Source of the DNA: an uncultured Victivallales bacterium
Lineage (GTDB): Bacteria; Verrucomicrobiota; Kiritimatiellia; UBA8416; CAYSRM01
DNA length: 64,000 nt
Direction of reading: 5' to 3'
Assembly (NCBI GenBank): GCA_964475205.1
Contig: CAYYVQ010000003.1
Span: 13,915-77,914 of the forward strand
Position numbers and translations under genes: made by a program. The notes below the pieces were generated by a model that ran no database searches, had not been told where the DNA came from, and worked only from the letters and a program-made list of their open reading frames with translations. Below, piece after piece: positions 37,655 to 46,845 of this stretch (the first letter of the stretch is position 1; every line of letters begins with the position of its first letter).

Positions 37655-40062
37655 GGCGCAGTGATGCCGAGCCCGCAAAGAGGCAGGATCTCTTTCAACG
37701 AGGTCTGGTTAAGCTGGAAAATGGTGAACCCGCCTGTCCCGTATTGTCGCGTGACCTTGATTTTTTCGATAAGAGAATGGATGTCGAACGGTTTTTTCCA
37801 TGTGCTGAGTCCGATTCCGGGATAGAGGGAAGCTTTATTGCTCCACACCCTCTGCTGTTGTACAAGCTGGGCGAACTTGTCGGTAGACGGAGTATAATTC
37901 ATCGGGCACACAAAATCGAGATATCCGCGCCGGCACCATAGCTGCCAGTCCTGCCCTATACTATCGCGGGTAACCGGCCAGTTGGAGAAGACCGCCGCAG
38001 ATATTTCAATGTCCGGCCTGATTTCGCGCGCGCGCCGGCTGACATGCATTACGACGCGGGTAATGTTGTTTCTTCTGAATTTCAGCCATTTTTTCCTAAG
38101 GTCCGAAGATTCCAGGTCTTCCGGCCAACGCTCAATTTTCTGCCCCGCGAAGGTCTCGAATCGATCGCGGCATCCTTCACAGTAGCAGCAATTGCTGTCG
38201 GGATAGCGGATATAGTCGAAATGAAGACCATGCACCGGGTAATTCTCCGCGATTTCCACCATTGCTTTTACCTCGAGACGGAAGTTTTCCGGGTGTGAAG
38301 GGCAGAGCCATTCGCGCATGATTTTGCCATTGATGTTTTTCTGGACCCTTTTTTCTCTCGCCATGAGTGACATGAATTTATCTGGTGTCCGGCTGCCCAT
38401 CTTGAAGTTCACTTTCCAGACATGGCACTCCACGCCGTACTGCCGGCAAGCCGCGAGGCATTCTGCGATCTGATCGCCTTTTTCCCGGATCCCCTCTGCC
38501 ACAGGCAGAACATTGCTCTTGTAATAGGCGGCTCCGCCCCATGACATATTGGGGATTATGACGTTAAATCCGTTTTCACTCAGTGTGCGAATTGTTTCGT
38601 TCCAGCTCAGTCCTTCGACACCGTAGGGTTCATGGCACCAGAAGGCACGGTGTTCGCCCGGCAGCGGGTTTTGTGTTGAAGCGTAAGCTTTCAGTTTTGC
38701 GGCGCGCGCGTTTTCGGCAGCGTCCAGAGATTTGATATACTCTGAGGAATTCAATAGTGATTGAGCCTGTTTCTCGAACTTTTCGGCCTGCCTGATGTGT
38801 TCGCGGGCGGTTGGTCCTGCTTTTTCTGAACAGACACTTGCAACGTCAAGTGTGGATATTGCTTCTTCCGCGGCCAGTTTCCACAACTCCGGGATGAAAT
38901 GACCTGTTAAAGCGAGCATGAGTCTTTTTTTGCCCGCTGGATCGTCTTTAAGGAGAACATGGGTCACGAATATGCAATTATCCGAAACCAGGATAGCAGG
39001 TTCTCCTGTATATTGGCCGCGGTGGTCGAACCACAGGGCGGCCGTAGCGCTTCGTTCCTGGACAGGGCGGGCTTTCTGGATGTTCCATGAATTCTGAGAG
39101 ATAACCGACGGCAATCTTTTTATCCTGTTTGACATTGCATGCATGGATGAGAACTCGCCTTTGTATCTGCGTTTTCCATGCTCTGTCAGATTGATTCCGG
39201 TTGTTTTTTGAAGGGCTGAAGGCAGATTATAGAAACAGATAAGCTTTCCGCCTCCTGAAAGAAAGTTCTGCAGTGCTTGTACGCTTTTTTGAGAAAGGGC
39301 TGGATTGTATGGCAGGATTGCCAGCTTTTTGTTCTTGAAGTGAGACGATTTCAGATCAAGATCGCTCATGAAAGCGAAAGGAATGCCTGCGGCTTCCATG
39401 AATTGGGCGACATTTCCGGTGTAAGAGCGGACTGCGTCTAATTTTTCGGGATCGTTGCCTGCTATCGAGTCCGAACGTATTACGGCGACCGTGCTGTCGC
39501 TGTTAAGAAGTCCCAGGTCGGCCAGGTAGAAGACAGTGTCGGCGCCGTCGCCTTTCCACGCCGAAAAGCGTATTGCTTCAATACTGCTCCATCCTTCCGG
39601 TGTGCCTTCCAGTCTTGTGTCGGATTTGTGAATGACCACATTTCTCCAATCGGCGGAGGATACGGCTGAAAAAGAGGCCGAATACCATCCCGAGCCGCTC
39701 TTGAGGTATAGGGTGAAAGCTGAAATCGGGGAGCTGTTGGCGCATAGGATCTTGAATTGCAGGCCGCGGCAGTCGGTAAGATCGAGTTTGACTGTTTTAT
39801 CCCAGACGCAACGTTTTACTTCTGATTCGGTGAAGCGGCATGGAAAGGCCAGGACATTTCTTTTGCCTGCCGTGGCTGTCTGTACGGGTTGGGCGGCCCA
39901 TTTTGCCTCCCACTGTGAACGCGCGCTGTTGTTGTCGGAATAATCGAAACTTTCGATAAGACTGTAAGGTTTGCTGACAGGTTGGGGTAGTTTCCCGTGC
40001 GGCGCTGCACACGCGAGCGTAGCCGCGCAAATCGCCGCTGTTATGAGTATGCTTTTTTTCAT
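37648..40062 (-). CDS. Secreted GHL10/DUF187 glycoside hydrolase-like protein with N-terminal accessory domains
   Basis: Signal peptide; EHRAFW, WLCPSHP, GLHFDYIRYP, SAAVF, QDW, DFVCPMNY. Confidence 0.85.
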   Translation of the reverse strand: MKKSILITAAICAATLACAAPHGKLPQPVSKPYSLIESFDYSDNNSARSQWEAKWAAQPVQTATAGKRNVLAFPCRFTESEVKRCVWDKTVKLDLTDCRGLQFKILCANSSPISAFTLYLKSGSGWYSASFSAVSSADWRNVVIHKSDTRLEGTPEGWSSIEAIRFSAWKGDGADTVFYLADLGLLNSDSTVAVIRSDSIAGNDPEKLDAVRSYTGNVAQFMEAAGIPFAFMSDLDLKSSHFKNKKLAILPYNPALSQKSVQALQNFLSGGGKLICFYNLPSALQKTTGINLTEHGKRRYKGEFSSMHAMSNRIKRLPSVISQNSWNIQKARPVQERSATAALWFDHRGQYTGEPAILVSDNCIFVTHVLLKDDPAGKKRLMLALTGHFIPELWKLAAEEAISTLDVASVCSEKAGPTAREHIRQAEKFEKQAQSLLNSSEYIKSLDAAENARAAKLKAYASTQNPLPGEHRAFWCHEPYGVEGLSWNETIRTLSENGFNVIIPNMSWGGAAYYKSNVLPVAEGIREKGDQIAECLAACRQYGVECHVWKVNFKMGSRTPDKFMSLMAREKRVQKNINGKIMREWLCPSHPENFRLEVKAMVEIAENYPVHGLHFDYIRYPDSNCCYCEGCRDRFETFAGQKIERWPEDLESSDLRKKWLKFRRNNITRVVMHVSRRAREIRPDIEISAAVFSNWPVTRDSIGQDWQLWCRRGYLDFVCPMNYTPSTDKFAQLVQQQRVWSNKASLYPGIGLSTWKKPFDIHSLIEKIKVTRQYGTGGFTIFQLNQTSLKEILPLCGLGITAPH

Positions 40063-40179
40063 GATGTTATTCTGCGCGAGGTTTTATAAGGACGCAAGGG
40101 TATTTACTTCTTGAATAGATGACGCGGGTTGTACATAAACTGCCTGAATCTTGAAAAGGGAAACAGCGCTGGAGGTTAT

Positions 40180-43044
40180 GTGAAAAAGAAAACAAGGTAT
40201 ACGTCGTTCTCGAAACAGGCCGAAATGATCTTATCGTTGCCTGTAGACTGCAGGGTCAACGAGCTGGGGGGCTACGGGCCTTCCGGTGAAGTTATATATA
40301 CCGGGCATCCCCGGGGATGTCCCTCTGCGATTGTGGACAGTCGGGAAGGCGCCACTGTCTCTTTGATGTCCAACGGTTCTGTGGAGTTTACCGTTGCCAA
40401 TCAAAACGGCGCGACCGTTCCTGTGCTTGCAAAGAGTTTTGATCCGGTTGAGAAACGCGAGATATCTGTTCCATCACAGAATGTGTGGATAAGTCTGCCC
40501 GAAAAAAAAGAAGCGCTGGCTTCGATTGTGAATCCTTCAATATCTTGCGGGTTGAAAACGCGGTGGATAAAGATTGTAAAAATTGGCGAACCGTTTCGAC
40601 AGATGTGGCATTGTGCAGAGTTTTCGGCGCGAGGCTGCAGAATACAGACTGCGTTAAAACTGGCTTTGGTAGTAACAGAAAGCGGGCCTGCTCTGTTCCG
40701 GGGGATTTATGTGCTAAACTCCGGCACGCGGCCGGTTAATGCCGATTTATGGACTTTTTTCAGTCTTCATGGAACGCAGCGCTTTGTTTACAACAAGGCA
40801 ATCTGGTATGACTCCGGTCTGCCTCTGACTCCGAGAGAGACCGTGGTTTGCGCTAGAATTCCCTACACTGATGACTTGCAACTCAAAAGGATTTCAACGT
40901 TTACACAGAACGCGGACTGTGTTGAAAGCACTTGCGACTACTCCTGTTTTGCCGGAGACACGTCAGCATCCGCGCTGTTTCCCTTCGCGGTCAGAAACGG
41001 CAGGCTTGGACCGGGGGCGGCCGGACGTTTGAACCGGTTTGCAACCCCTGCCGTAGCCGCCTCGCATTTGAAAGTCGATCTTGAAGCGGGCGCTTATGCA
41101 GTGGCCGGGCAGAGTTTGCTTTATGTTACCGATCCAGATGTTCTGGACAGTTTTGCCCGGGCTTCGGTCGCCGAGGAACCGTCTTACAAGGCAATTGCCT
41201 CAAAGTTCAAAAGCGCTTCGACCGGGCTGGTCAATTCGACTCCGGGCGCAAGGGACTCAGCGAGAAGGTTGTTGATACAAACAGGCGGTGGCTCTCCCAG
41301 TTTCAGTTTTGAGGCGGAAGGCAATAGAATGATATCGGAATATGCCGGGTCGGTCTGGACTGGTGTTGAGGAGTTGTACGAGAACTGCAGGGCCCATGGC
41401 GCTACTTTAGCCGAGGGGATAGAGCTTGGGACCCGGGACCGTGGCCAGGACATGTGGCCCAAGATGAAGGCTGACCCGGGCCGGGTGAGAAAGGATCTCG
41501 TGCATGCGTTTTCGTTTATGTACGTGACATGTGAAGAACCGGTTGCCAGGAAAAGGAAGTTAACTCTCAAGGAAAAGCTTCACGGAATGTTCCCCAGACA
41601 ATATCCCAGCCGTTGGAATGACAGAAGCGCCGAAATTCCCAACGACAACAGGCCTTATGCAGACAGTCCATTATGGCTGGTGAATTCTCTTGTAATGTAT
41701 ATCCGTGAAACCGGTGATGTGAGCATACTCCAGGAAACGGTTCCGACAGTGCGGCTGATAAATCCGGATGATCCTGAGAATTCAAGCATGACCGGTAATT
41801 CCCTTGAATTGACTGTAATTGAAGTTGTGATGGAGATATTCAGGTGTTTCGGGAGGCATGTAAAGGACAGTCCTTACGGACTTGCGCAGGTTATGTACGG
41901 AGACTGGTGCGATCCGATTGACATGTTTGGAACCTCAGCGGTAGGCGATGCTGCGACGCGCGGTCGGGGCAGGGGAGTGCATTTGCGGCTGACCGGTCAT
42001 CTTTTTGAATGCCTGGTCCAGACGCTCGATCTTTTCCAATCTGCCGATGTCCGGAATGCTGCCGCGGGTTGCTCTGTAAGAGATGCTGCCGGTGAGCTTG
42101 TGCCTCTGGCCAACCTGATCCGGCATAATGCGGTAAAGTGGGCATGGGAGGATACAGGACAGGGATGTTCGGGTTTTGTCAGTGTTATACATGAACTCAA
42201 GGCCGACGGCAGTGTGCCTGATTATAAATCCGGAGAGCGCGGTTACACTCTTGGAAGCATGCAGGGAGATGATTTTGACGGCGTAAACAGGCGCGACCTT
42301 GCGGCGCAGGCTTATTGTATGCAGATGTTGCAGACAGAGCGAAAGTACCTTGAACCTGTTCCGGGCAGTGAGGGGATGGTTCGGGCTATTATGGAGTGTG
42401 TGGATCAGATGTTCTATGATGAACGGCTCGGGTTAAGGCTCTTTACTACGCCGATAGCCAATAATGAACAGGCAGTGCGGCTGGTGGGCAGAATGGGTGT
42501 TTTGCCCAGCGGCACGGCTGAAAATGGCGAATACCATCATGGCCAGATAATGATGCACGTTTATAGACTGCTTGCGAATGCCGAAACAGACAATGTTTGG
42601 GAGCAGTTCAAGCCCATGCTGTCGGTGTTCCGGGGTAAGGAAATCTGTGGTCCTTTTGACATGCCCTGTACTTCCTATGTTGCCGACAGGGACGATCCGC
42701 ATTACGGCAAGGGAATGTACTTTGGCTTGTCAGGTTCCACAGACTGGCTGATCAGGTTTTTTGAGCAGATTGCAGGAATTGATCTGAATCTTCATGACAG
42801 CACATTGCCTGATTTGACTGTCCAACCGAAGTTGCCTTCGGGTCTTGGCGGGAATCTGCGTTTGTCGCGGATAATTCATGTGCGCAGTTGCGATGGCTAC
42901 AAGCTCGTGCCCCTTACGGTGAAAGTTGGCAGGAAGAAGAACGAGAAGTGCCCGCGGATGTATGTTAACGGCGAGCCTTGTATAGAGGACTGTGTGCCTG
43001 ATGTTGCGAAGTATGAGAGGGTTGAAGTTGAGGTTTTTGTTTGA
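40180..43044 (+). CDS. GH94-like glycoside phosphorylase
   Basis: GTRDRGQD, DSPLWL, YIRETGD, GDWCD, ENGEYHH, SGST.W; GTG at 40180 follows GGAGG. Confidence 0.78.
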   Translation: MKKKTRYTSFSKQAEMILSLPVDCRVNELGGYGPSGEVIYTGHPRGCPSAIVDSREGATVSLMSNGSVEFTVANQNGATVPVLAKSFDPVEKREISVPSQNVWISLPEKKEALASIVNPSISCGLKTRWIKIVKIGEPFRQMWHCAEFSARGCRIQTALKLALVVTESGPALFRGIYVLNSGTRPVNADLWTFFSLHGTQRFVYNKAIWYDSGLPLTPRETVVCARIPYTDDLQLKRISTFTQNADCVESTCDYSCFAGDTSASALFPFAVRNGRLGPGAAGRLNRFATPAVAASHLKVDLEAGAYAVAGQSLLYVTDPDVLDSFARASVAEEPSYKAIASKFKSASTGLVNSTPGARDSARRLLIQTGGGSPSFSFEAEGNRMISEYAGSVWTGVEELYENCRAHGATLAEGIELGTRDRGQDMWPKMKADPGRVRKDLVHAFSFMYVTCEEPVARKRKLTLKEKLHGMFPRQYPSRWNDRSAEIPNDNRPYADSPLWLVNSLVMYIRETGDVSILQETVPTVRLINPDDPENSSMTGNSLELTVIEVVMEIFRCFGRHVKDSPYGLAQVMYGDWCDPIDMFGTSAVGDAATRGRGRGVHLRLTGHLFECLVQTLDLFQSADVRNAAAGCSVRDAAGELVPLANLIRHNAVKWAWEDTGQGCSGFVSVIHELKADGSVPDYKSGERGYTLGSMQGDDFDGVNRRDLAAQAYCMQMLQTERKYLEPVPGSEGMVRAIMECVDQMFYDERLGLRLFTTPIANNEQAVRLVGRMGVLPSGTAENGEYHHGQIMMHVYRLLANAETDNVWEQFKPMLSVFRGKEICGPFDMPCTSYVADRDDPHYGKGMYFGLSGSTDWLIRFFEQIAGIDLNLHDSTLPDLTVQPKLPSGLGGNLRLSRIIHVRSCDGYKLVPLTVKVGRKKNEKCPRMYVNGEPCIEDCVPDVAKYERVEVEVFV

Positions 43045-43100
43045 GCGCAGAGGGAGAAGAGTAGTTAACTACGACGATACACTGTCCGTATTCGAGAGGC

Positions 43101-43129
43101 TTGACTGTGGATGAGAGTATGCGTATTCT
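43101..43129 (+). promoter_or_regulatory. Putative sigma70 promoter of cysK
   Basis: TTGACT-N17-TATTCT. Confidence 0.5.
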
Positions 43130-43138
43130 TGTCTTATT

Positions 43139-44044
43139 ATGGAATTTTATACGAACATATTGAATGCGATAGGGAATACGCCTTTGATCGAATTGACGCG
43201 TATTTCCAGGGTGCCTATTTTTGCCAAGGCCGAGTATATGAATCCGGGGGGGAGCATTAAGGACAGGGTTGCGCTTTATCTTATTGAGGAAGCTGAGAAA
43301 GAAGGCTCCTTGAAGCAGGGCATGCGGATAGCGGAGGCTACTTCCGGGAATACTGGGATTGGCATGACTTTTGTGGGTGTGCACAAGGGTTATGGGGTTA
43401 CAATCGTTATGCCCGAGGATATGAGCGAGGAACGTAAGAAGATAATCAGGGCTTTTGGGGGTGAGATTGTTACCACTCCTGCCGCGGAGAGCCTGGCCGG
43501 TTCGCTGAAGAAGCTTGAAGAAATAAAGCGGGCTGATTCTGCAGTTTTCGTGCCGGGCCAGTTTGAGAATCCGCGTAACCCGGAAATTCACTATATGGCG
43601 ACTGCATCCGAAATATGGAGGCAGATGGAGGGTAAAGTTGACGCGTTTGTTGCCGGTGTGGGCAGCGGCGGAACGCTTGGAGGCGTTGGCAGGTATCTCA
43701 AGGAAAAGGACAAAGACATCCAGATTGTAGCCGTAGAACCTGCAAATTCGGCCGCCTTGCTTGGGCACGAGCCCGGCCTGCACAAGATCCAGGGAATCGG
43801 TGACGGGTTTGTTCCGGCTGTTCTTGATACTTCCCTGATAAACGAGGTTCTGACCGTCACCGATAATGACGCGGTTGAAACGGCTCGTAAGCTTGCTGCA
43901 AAGGAAGGAACGCTGGTGGGAACTTCTTCGGGCGCGAATGTATGGGCTGCTTTGATATTAAGCGACAGGCTTGGACCTGAGAAGAATGTGGTTACGGTAT
44001 TGCCTGACAGGGCGGAGCGGTATTTCAGCACGGCTCTTATTTGA
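43139..44044 (+). CDS. cysK: Cysteine synthase
   Basis: IGNTP, NPGGSIKDR, EATSGNTG, QFEN, GSGGT, HKIQGIG, ERYFST. Confidence 0.96.
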   Translation: MEFYTNILNAIGNTPLIELTRISRVPIFAKAEYMNPGGSIKDRVALYLIEEAEKEGSLKQGMRIAEATSGNTGIGMTFVGVHKGYGVTIVMPEDMSEERKKIIRAFGGEIVTTPAAESLAGSLKKLEEIKRADSAVFVPGQFENPRNPEIHYMATASEIWRQMEGKVDAFVAGVGSGGTLGGVGRYLKEKDKDIQIVAVEPANSAALLGHEPGLHKIQGIGDGFVPAVLDTSLINEVLTVTDNDAVETARKLAAKEGTLVGTSSGANVWAALILSDRLGPEKNVVTVLPDRAERYFSTALI

Positions 44045-44045
44045 G

Positions 44046-44285
44046 AGTCATCAGTCATTTGTCTGCTCGCCTAAAGCCTGACAATTGGTTTCCGCTCCTT
44101 TAGCCTGATCTTATCATCAAATTAATGCAATTTCGTGTTTTTAGCGTATTTCGTAGTTTCTTTCTTCCCATCTCCTCTGTGCTCTCTGTGGTTACAATCT
44201 TTTTCTTTTCTACCCCTTCAACATTGGATATTCCGTGTTGGATATTCTTCTCCTCCGTGGTCTGTAAGCTGTAGTCTGTTGTGAG
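44046..44285. repeat. Stack of several short-repeat families between convergent cysK and tsaE
   Basis: Family A end (44100-44114); 9-mers ttcgtgttt-ttagcgtat-ttcgtagtt; ctctgtgct-ctctgtggt; 7-mer ggatatt array; tccgtgg-tctgtaa-gctgtag-tctgttg. Confidence 0.7.
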
Positions 44286-44747
44286 TTATCCAGTCGGGGT
44301 GACTGTGATTTTGCGGTTGTCCGGTTCTTCGGTTGCTTCGAAGTAGATATGAATGGCTGTTTCCGGGATAAGTTCTTCAGCCTTTTCGGCCCATTCAATC
44401 GCGATTACTCCCGGGGTTTCCAGGTAACGTTCAAATTCGAGGGAGAATGCATCTTCGGGTGAATTCAGCCGGTAGAGGTCGATATGATAGAGAGGGGTTT
44501 CCGCCGGGTATTCATTTATCAGGGTGAAGGTCGGGCTGGTGACCGGTCGGTTAATTCCGAGCGCTCTAGCCAGGCCTTTCACAAAACATGTTTTGCCGCT
44601 TCCGAGGTTTCCATGTAGCGCTATTATGCATGTGGAACACCCGGCCGGCGATGATCTCTTGTCGCATGCCTCACGGGCAATTTCTTCCGCGAGTTTCATT
44701 GTTTCCCGAGGGGAGCGGGTAATTACTGTTTTTCCGGATATTGTCAT
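44286..44747 (-). CDS. tsaE: tRNA t6A biosynthesis ATPase
   Basis: GNLGSGKT, VTSPTF, HIDLYRL, IEWA. Confidence 0.96.
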   Translation of the reverse strand: MTISGKTVITRSPRETMKLAEEIAREACDKRSSPAGCSTCIIALHGNLGSGKTCFVKGLARALGINRPVTSPTFTLINEYPAETPLYHIDLYRLNSPEDAFSLEFERYLETPGVIAIEWAEKAEELIPETAIHIYFEATEEPDNRKITVTPTG

Positions 44748-44749
44748 GA

Positions 44750-45661
44750 TTAAAAATGCCGGAATTCAGACAGTTCAATAATTCTGTTGTCCAGCAGGAC
44801 TTCCGCGTTGCCCGAAGAAACTTTTCCTATATGTGTCAGAGGAGTCTCAAAATGTTGCGACCATTCCTTCAGGATTAACGGCAGGTTTTCATGTTCTGTG
44901 GTGAAAAGCAATTCAAAGTCTTCTCCGTCGTACAGCGCCTGTTCGACGGCCGAGCCGGGTTGAAGGTGTTTGCTCAACGGCAGTTTTGAAGCGGTTATAT
45001 TGATCCGGACACCGCTTTCTTCGGCCAGGTGTGTTGCGTCCCTGGCCAGGCCGTCGCTGACATCTATCATGGACTGTGCGTAGCCCTTTTCTCTCAACCA
45101 TGCGCCTTCTTTAACCCTCGGTATAAAACTCAGGTGTTTGCCTGCGGATGCCCCGCCGAGTTGTCCTGTAACCAGCAATGCATGGCCCGGCCGGGCGCCG
45201 GATCGGAGGATGCCCCGGCCTGTTGTAATGGTTCCCGCACAGAAGACATGGATTTGAAGGGAGTCTGCGCGTGACAGGTCTCCACCGACAATGGCGCATT
45301 CGAATTCGCTTGCGATCCGGTCTGCGCCTTTATAGGCGCGTTCCAGGTAGCTCGACTCGACATTCCCGGGAGCGGCTATGTCAATCAGTATAAAGCGGGG
45401 CATCCCTCCCATTGCGGCGATATCGCTTAGAACTCTGCCGACGGCTTTGCGGCCTACAGATTCGGGCTCGGATTCCTGCGTAAAATGAGTTCCGAATATG
45501 ACCGGGTCTGAAGTAAACAGCCATTCTAGCTGACTTTCCCCGGAGGTCTTTACTATCGCGCAATCGTCGCCGGCGCCGCGGATGACGTCCGGAGAGCCGG
45601 TCAGTATATTGGAAAGCCGTTCGATTGTTTTGTGTTCGCCTTTTTTGCCAAGGGTTGTCAT
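44750..45661 (-). CDS. thiL: Thiamine-monophosphate kinase
   Basis: GDDCA, SDIAAMGG, GGD, IDVSDGL, GEDFELLFT; alternative start 45697. Confidence 0.94.
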   Translation of the reverse strand: MTTLGKKGEHKTIERLSNILTGSPDVIRGAGDDCAIVKTSGESQLEWLFTSDPVIFGTHFTQESEPESVGRKAVGRVLSDIAAMGGMPRFILIDIAAPGNVESSYLERAYKGADRIASEFECAIVGGDLSRADSLQIHVFCAGTITTGRGILRSGARPGHALLVTGQLGGASAGKHLSFIPRVKEGAWLREKGYAQSMIDVSDGLARDATHLAEESGVRINITASKLPLSKHLQPGSAVEQALYDGEDFELLFTTEHENLPLILKEWSQHFETPLTHIGKVSSGNAEVLLDNRIIELSEFRHF

Positions 45662-45693
45662 GGTTTGAAGTTTTGCCGCTTTGAGGAATTTTG

Positions 45694-46788
45694 TCAATGC
45701 CCTCCGGCAATCAGCGGCGCAAGATGGTTTTTGAGTTCGGCCGATATTTCTCTGGCGAGGTAGCGGTGCATTCTTTCATGCTGCCGGGCCAGTACTGCAT
45801 TTCTCAGTTTTGCGTTCAGGATCAATTCGCTTGCTGTTTCGGCGATAAGCGGATAATTTTTTTCGCGGAAAAGAATGCCTGCCTTGTCCATCGTGTCGGG
45901 GATTGCTCCTGCGGCGTAGGCCAGAACCGGAACCCGGTGGGCCATTGCCTCGAGAAGGGGGATGCAGAAACCTTCGTGTTCGCTCATGCACAGGAATATG
46001 GATGCGGACTGGTAAAAGCCGGAAAGCTGTCGTTGTGTTACAGATCCGGCGAAATATGCATGCCTTTCCAGCCCCAGTTCCCTTTGCAGGCTGAGCAGGA
46101 GGTGGTAATAACGTTCTGTTCCGGCAAAGGATCCTACATGTATCAATCTGGCATCAAAGTCCGAAGTCAAACGGATACAGGCCATTGCGTAAAGCAGATC
46201 TTCGATTTTCTTGTTCGGGGCGCATCTGCCGACAAACAGGATATTTTTTTTGCCGTCGTTAAACCTTTTCATCACCTTTCTGTCAGGAGGCGAGGTGATG
46301 TCCTTGATATTGAGAAGTATCGGCAGAACATTGACGTTTGAGTATCCTGCCTGGCGCAGTTCTGCTGCGTTGAACTCGCTGTCGGCCAGGTTGATTTCCG
46401 CGGAGTCTTTGAGAGAGCGTATTTGTTTCCTTCCCTTTTTCAAGTTGGCTGCGGTGCTTCTGTTGATGAGTTCGAAGTAGCGATGGGGGGTAATGTTATG
46501 ATACCTGATGACTTTACGACAGTTGAGAGTTTTGAATTCTTCGTTGACCGGGGAGCCTATGGAAAGGTGGAGAAGCATGATATCGTGCGGACTGAGATTG
46601 CAATGCGCCCGGGAGAAATCTTTGGCGTCGTGTCTGAGTTCGGGAAGAATCCTTGTTTTTTCGCTGAAGATTTCCGATTCATAGCCCCAGCTTCTGAATG
46701 TTTCTCGGTATTCGCGGGCCTCGTTGCTTATAGCATCGCCGTTTGTCATGCCTGCGGTCAGTTGATGGATTGCACGAGTTTTCGTCAT
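45694..46788 (-). CDS. Glycosyltransferase family 4
   Basis: GDAISN, YHNITP, LFVGR, SEHEGFCIPLLEAM. Confidence 0.92.
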   Translation of the reverse strand: MTKTRAIHQLTAGMTNGDAISNEAREYRETFRSWGYESEIFSEKTRILPELRHDAKDFSRAHCNLSPHDIMLLHLSIGSPVNEEFKTLNCRKVIRYHNITPHRYFELINRSTAANLKKGRKQIRSLKDSAEINLADSEFNAAELRQAGYSNVNVLPILLNIKDITSPPDRKVMKRFNDGKKNILFVGRCAPNKKIEDLLYAMACIRLTSDFDARLIHVGSFAGTERYYHLLLSLQRELGLERHAYFAGSVTQRQLSGFYQSASIFLCMSEHEGFCIPLLEAMAHRVPVLAYAAGAIPDTMDKAGILFREKNYPLIAETASELILNAKLRNAVLARQHERMHRYLAREISAELKNHLAPLIAGGH

Positions 46789-46845
46789 TATTATATGTCG
46801 CCAAGGCAGTTTGAATGAAAAACTTTGAAAGAACCTGGTTCCGTT

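Noticed and set aside
42965-43783. 272-aa antisense ORF, and similar long antisense ORFs such as 5323-6063, 45691-46341 and 51704-52342
   Set aside because: These are shadows of well-supported genes on the opposite strand.
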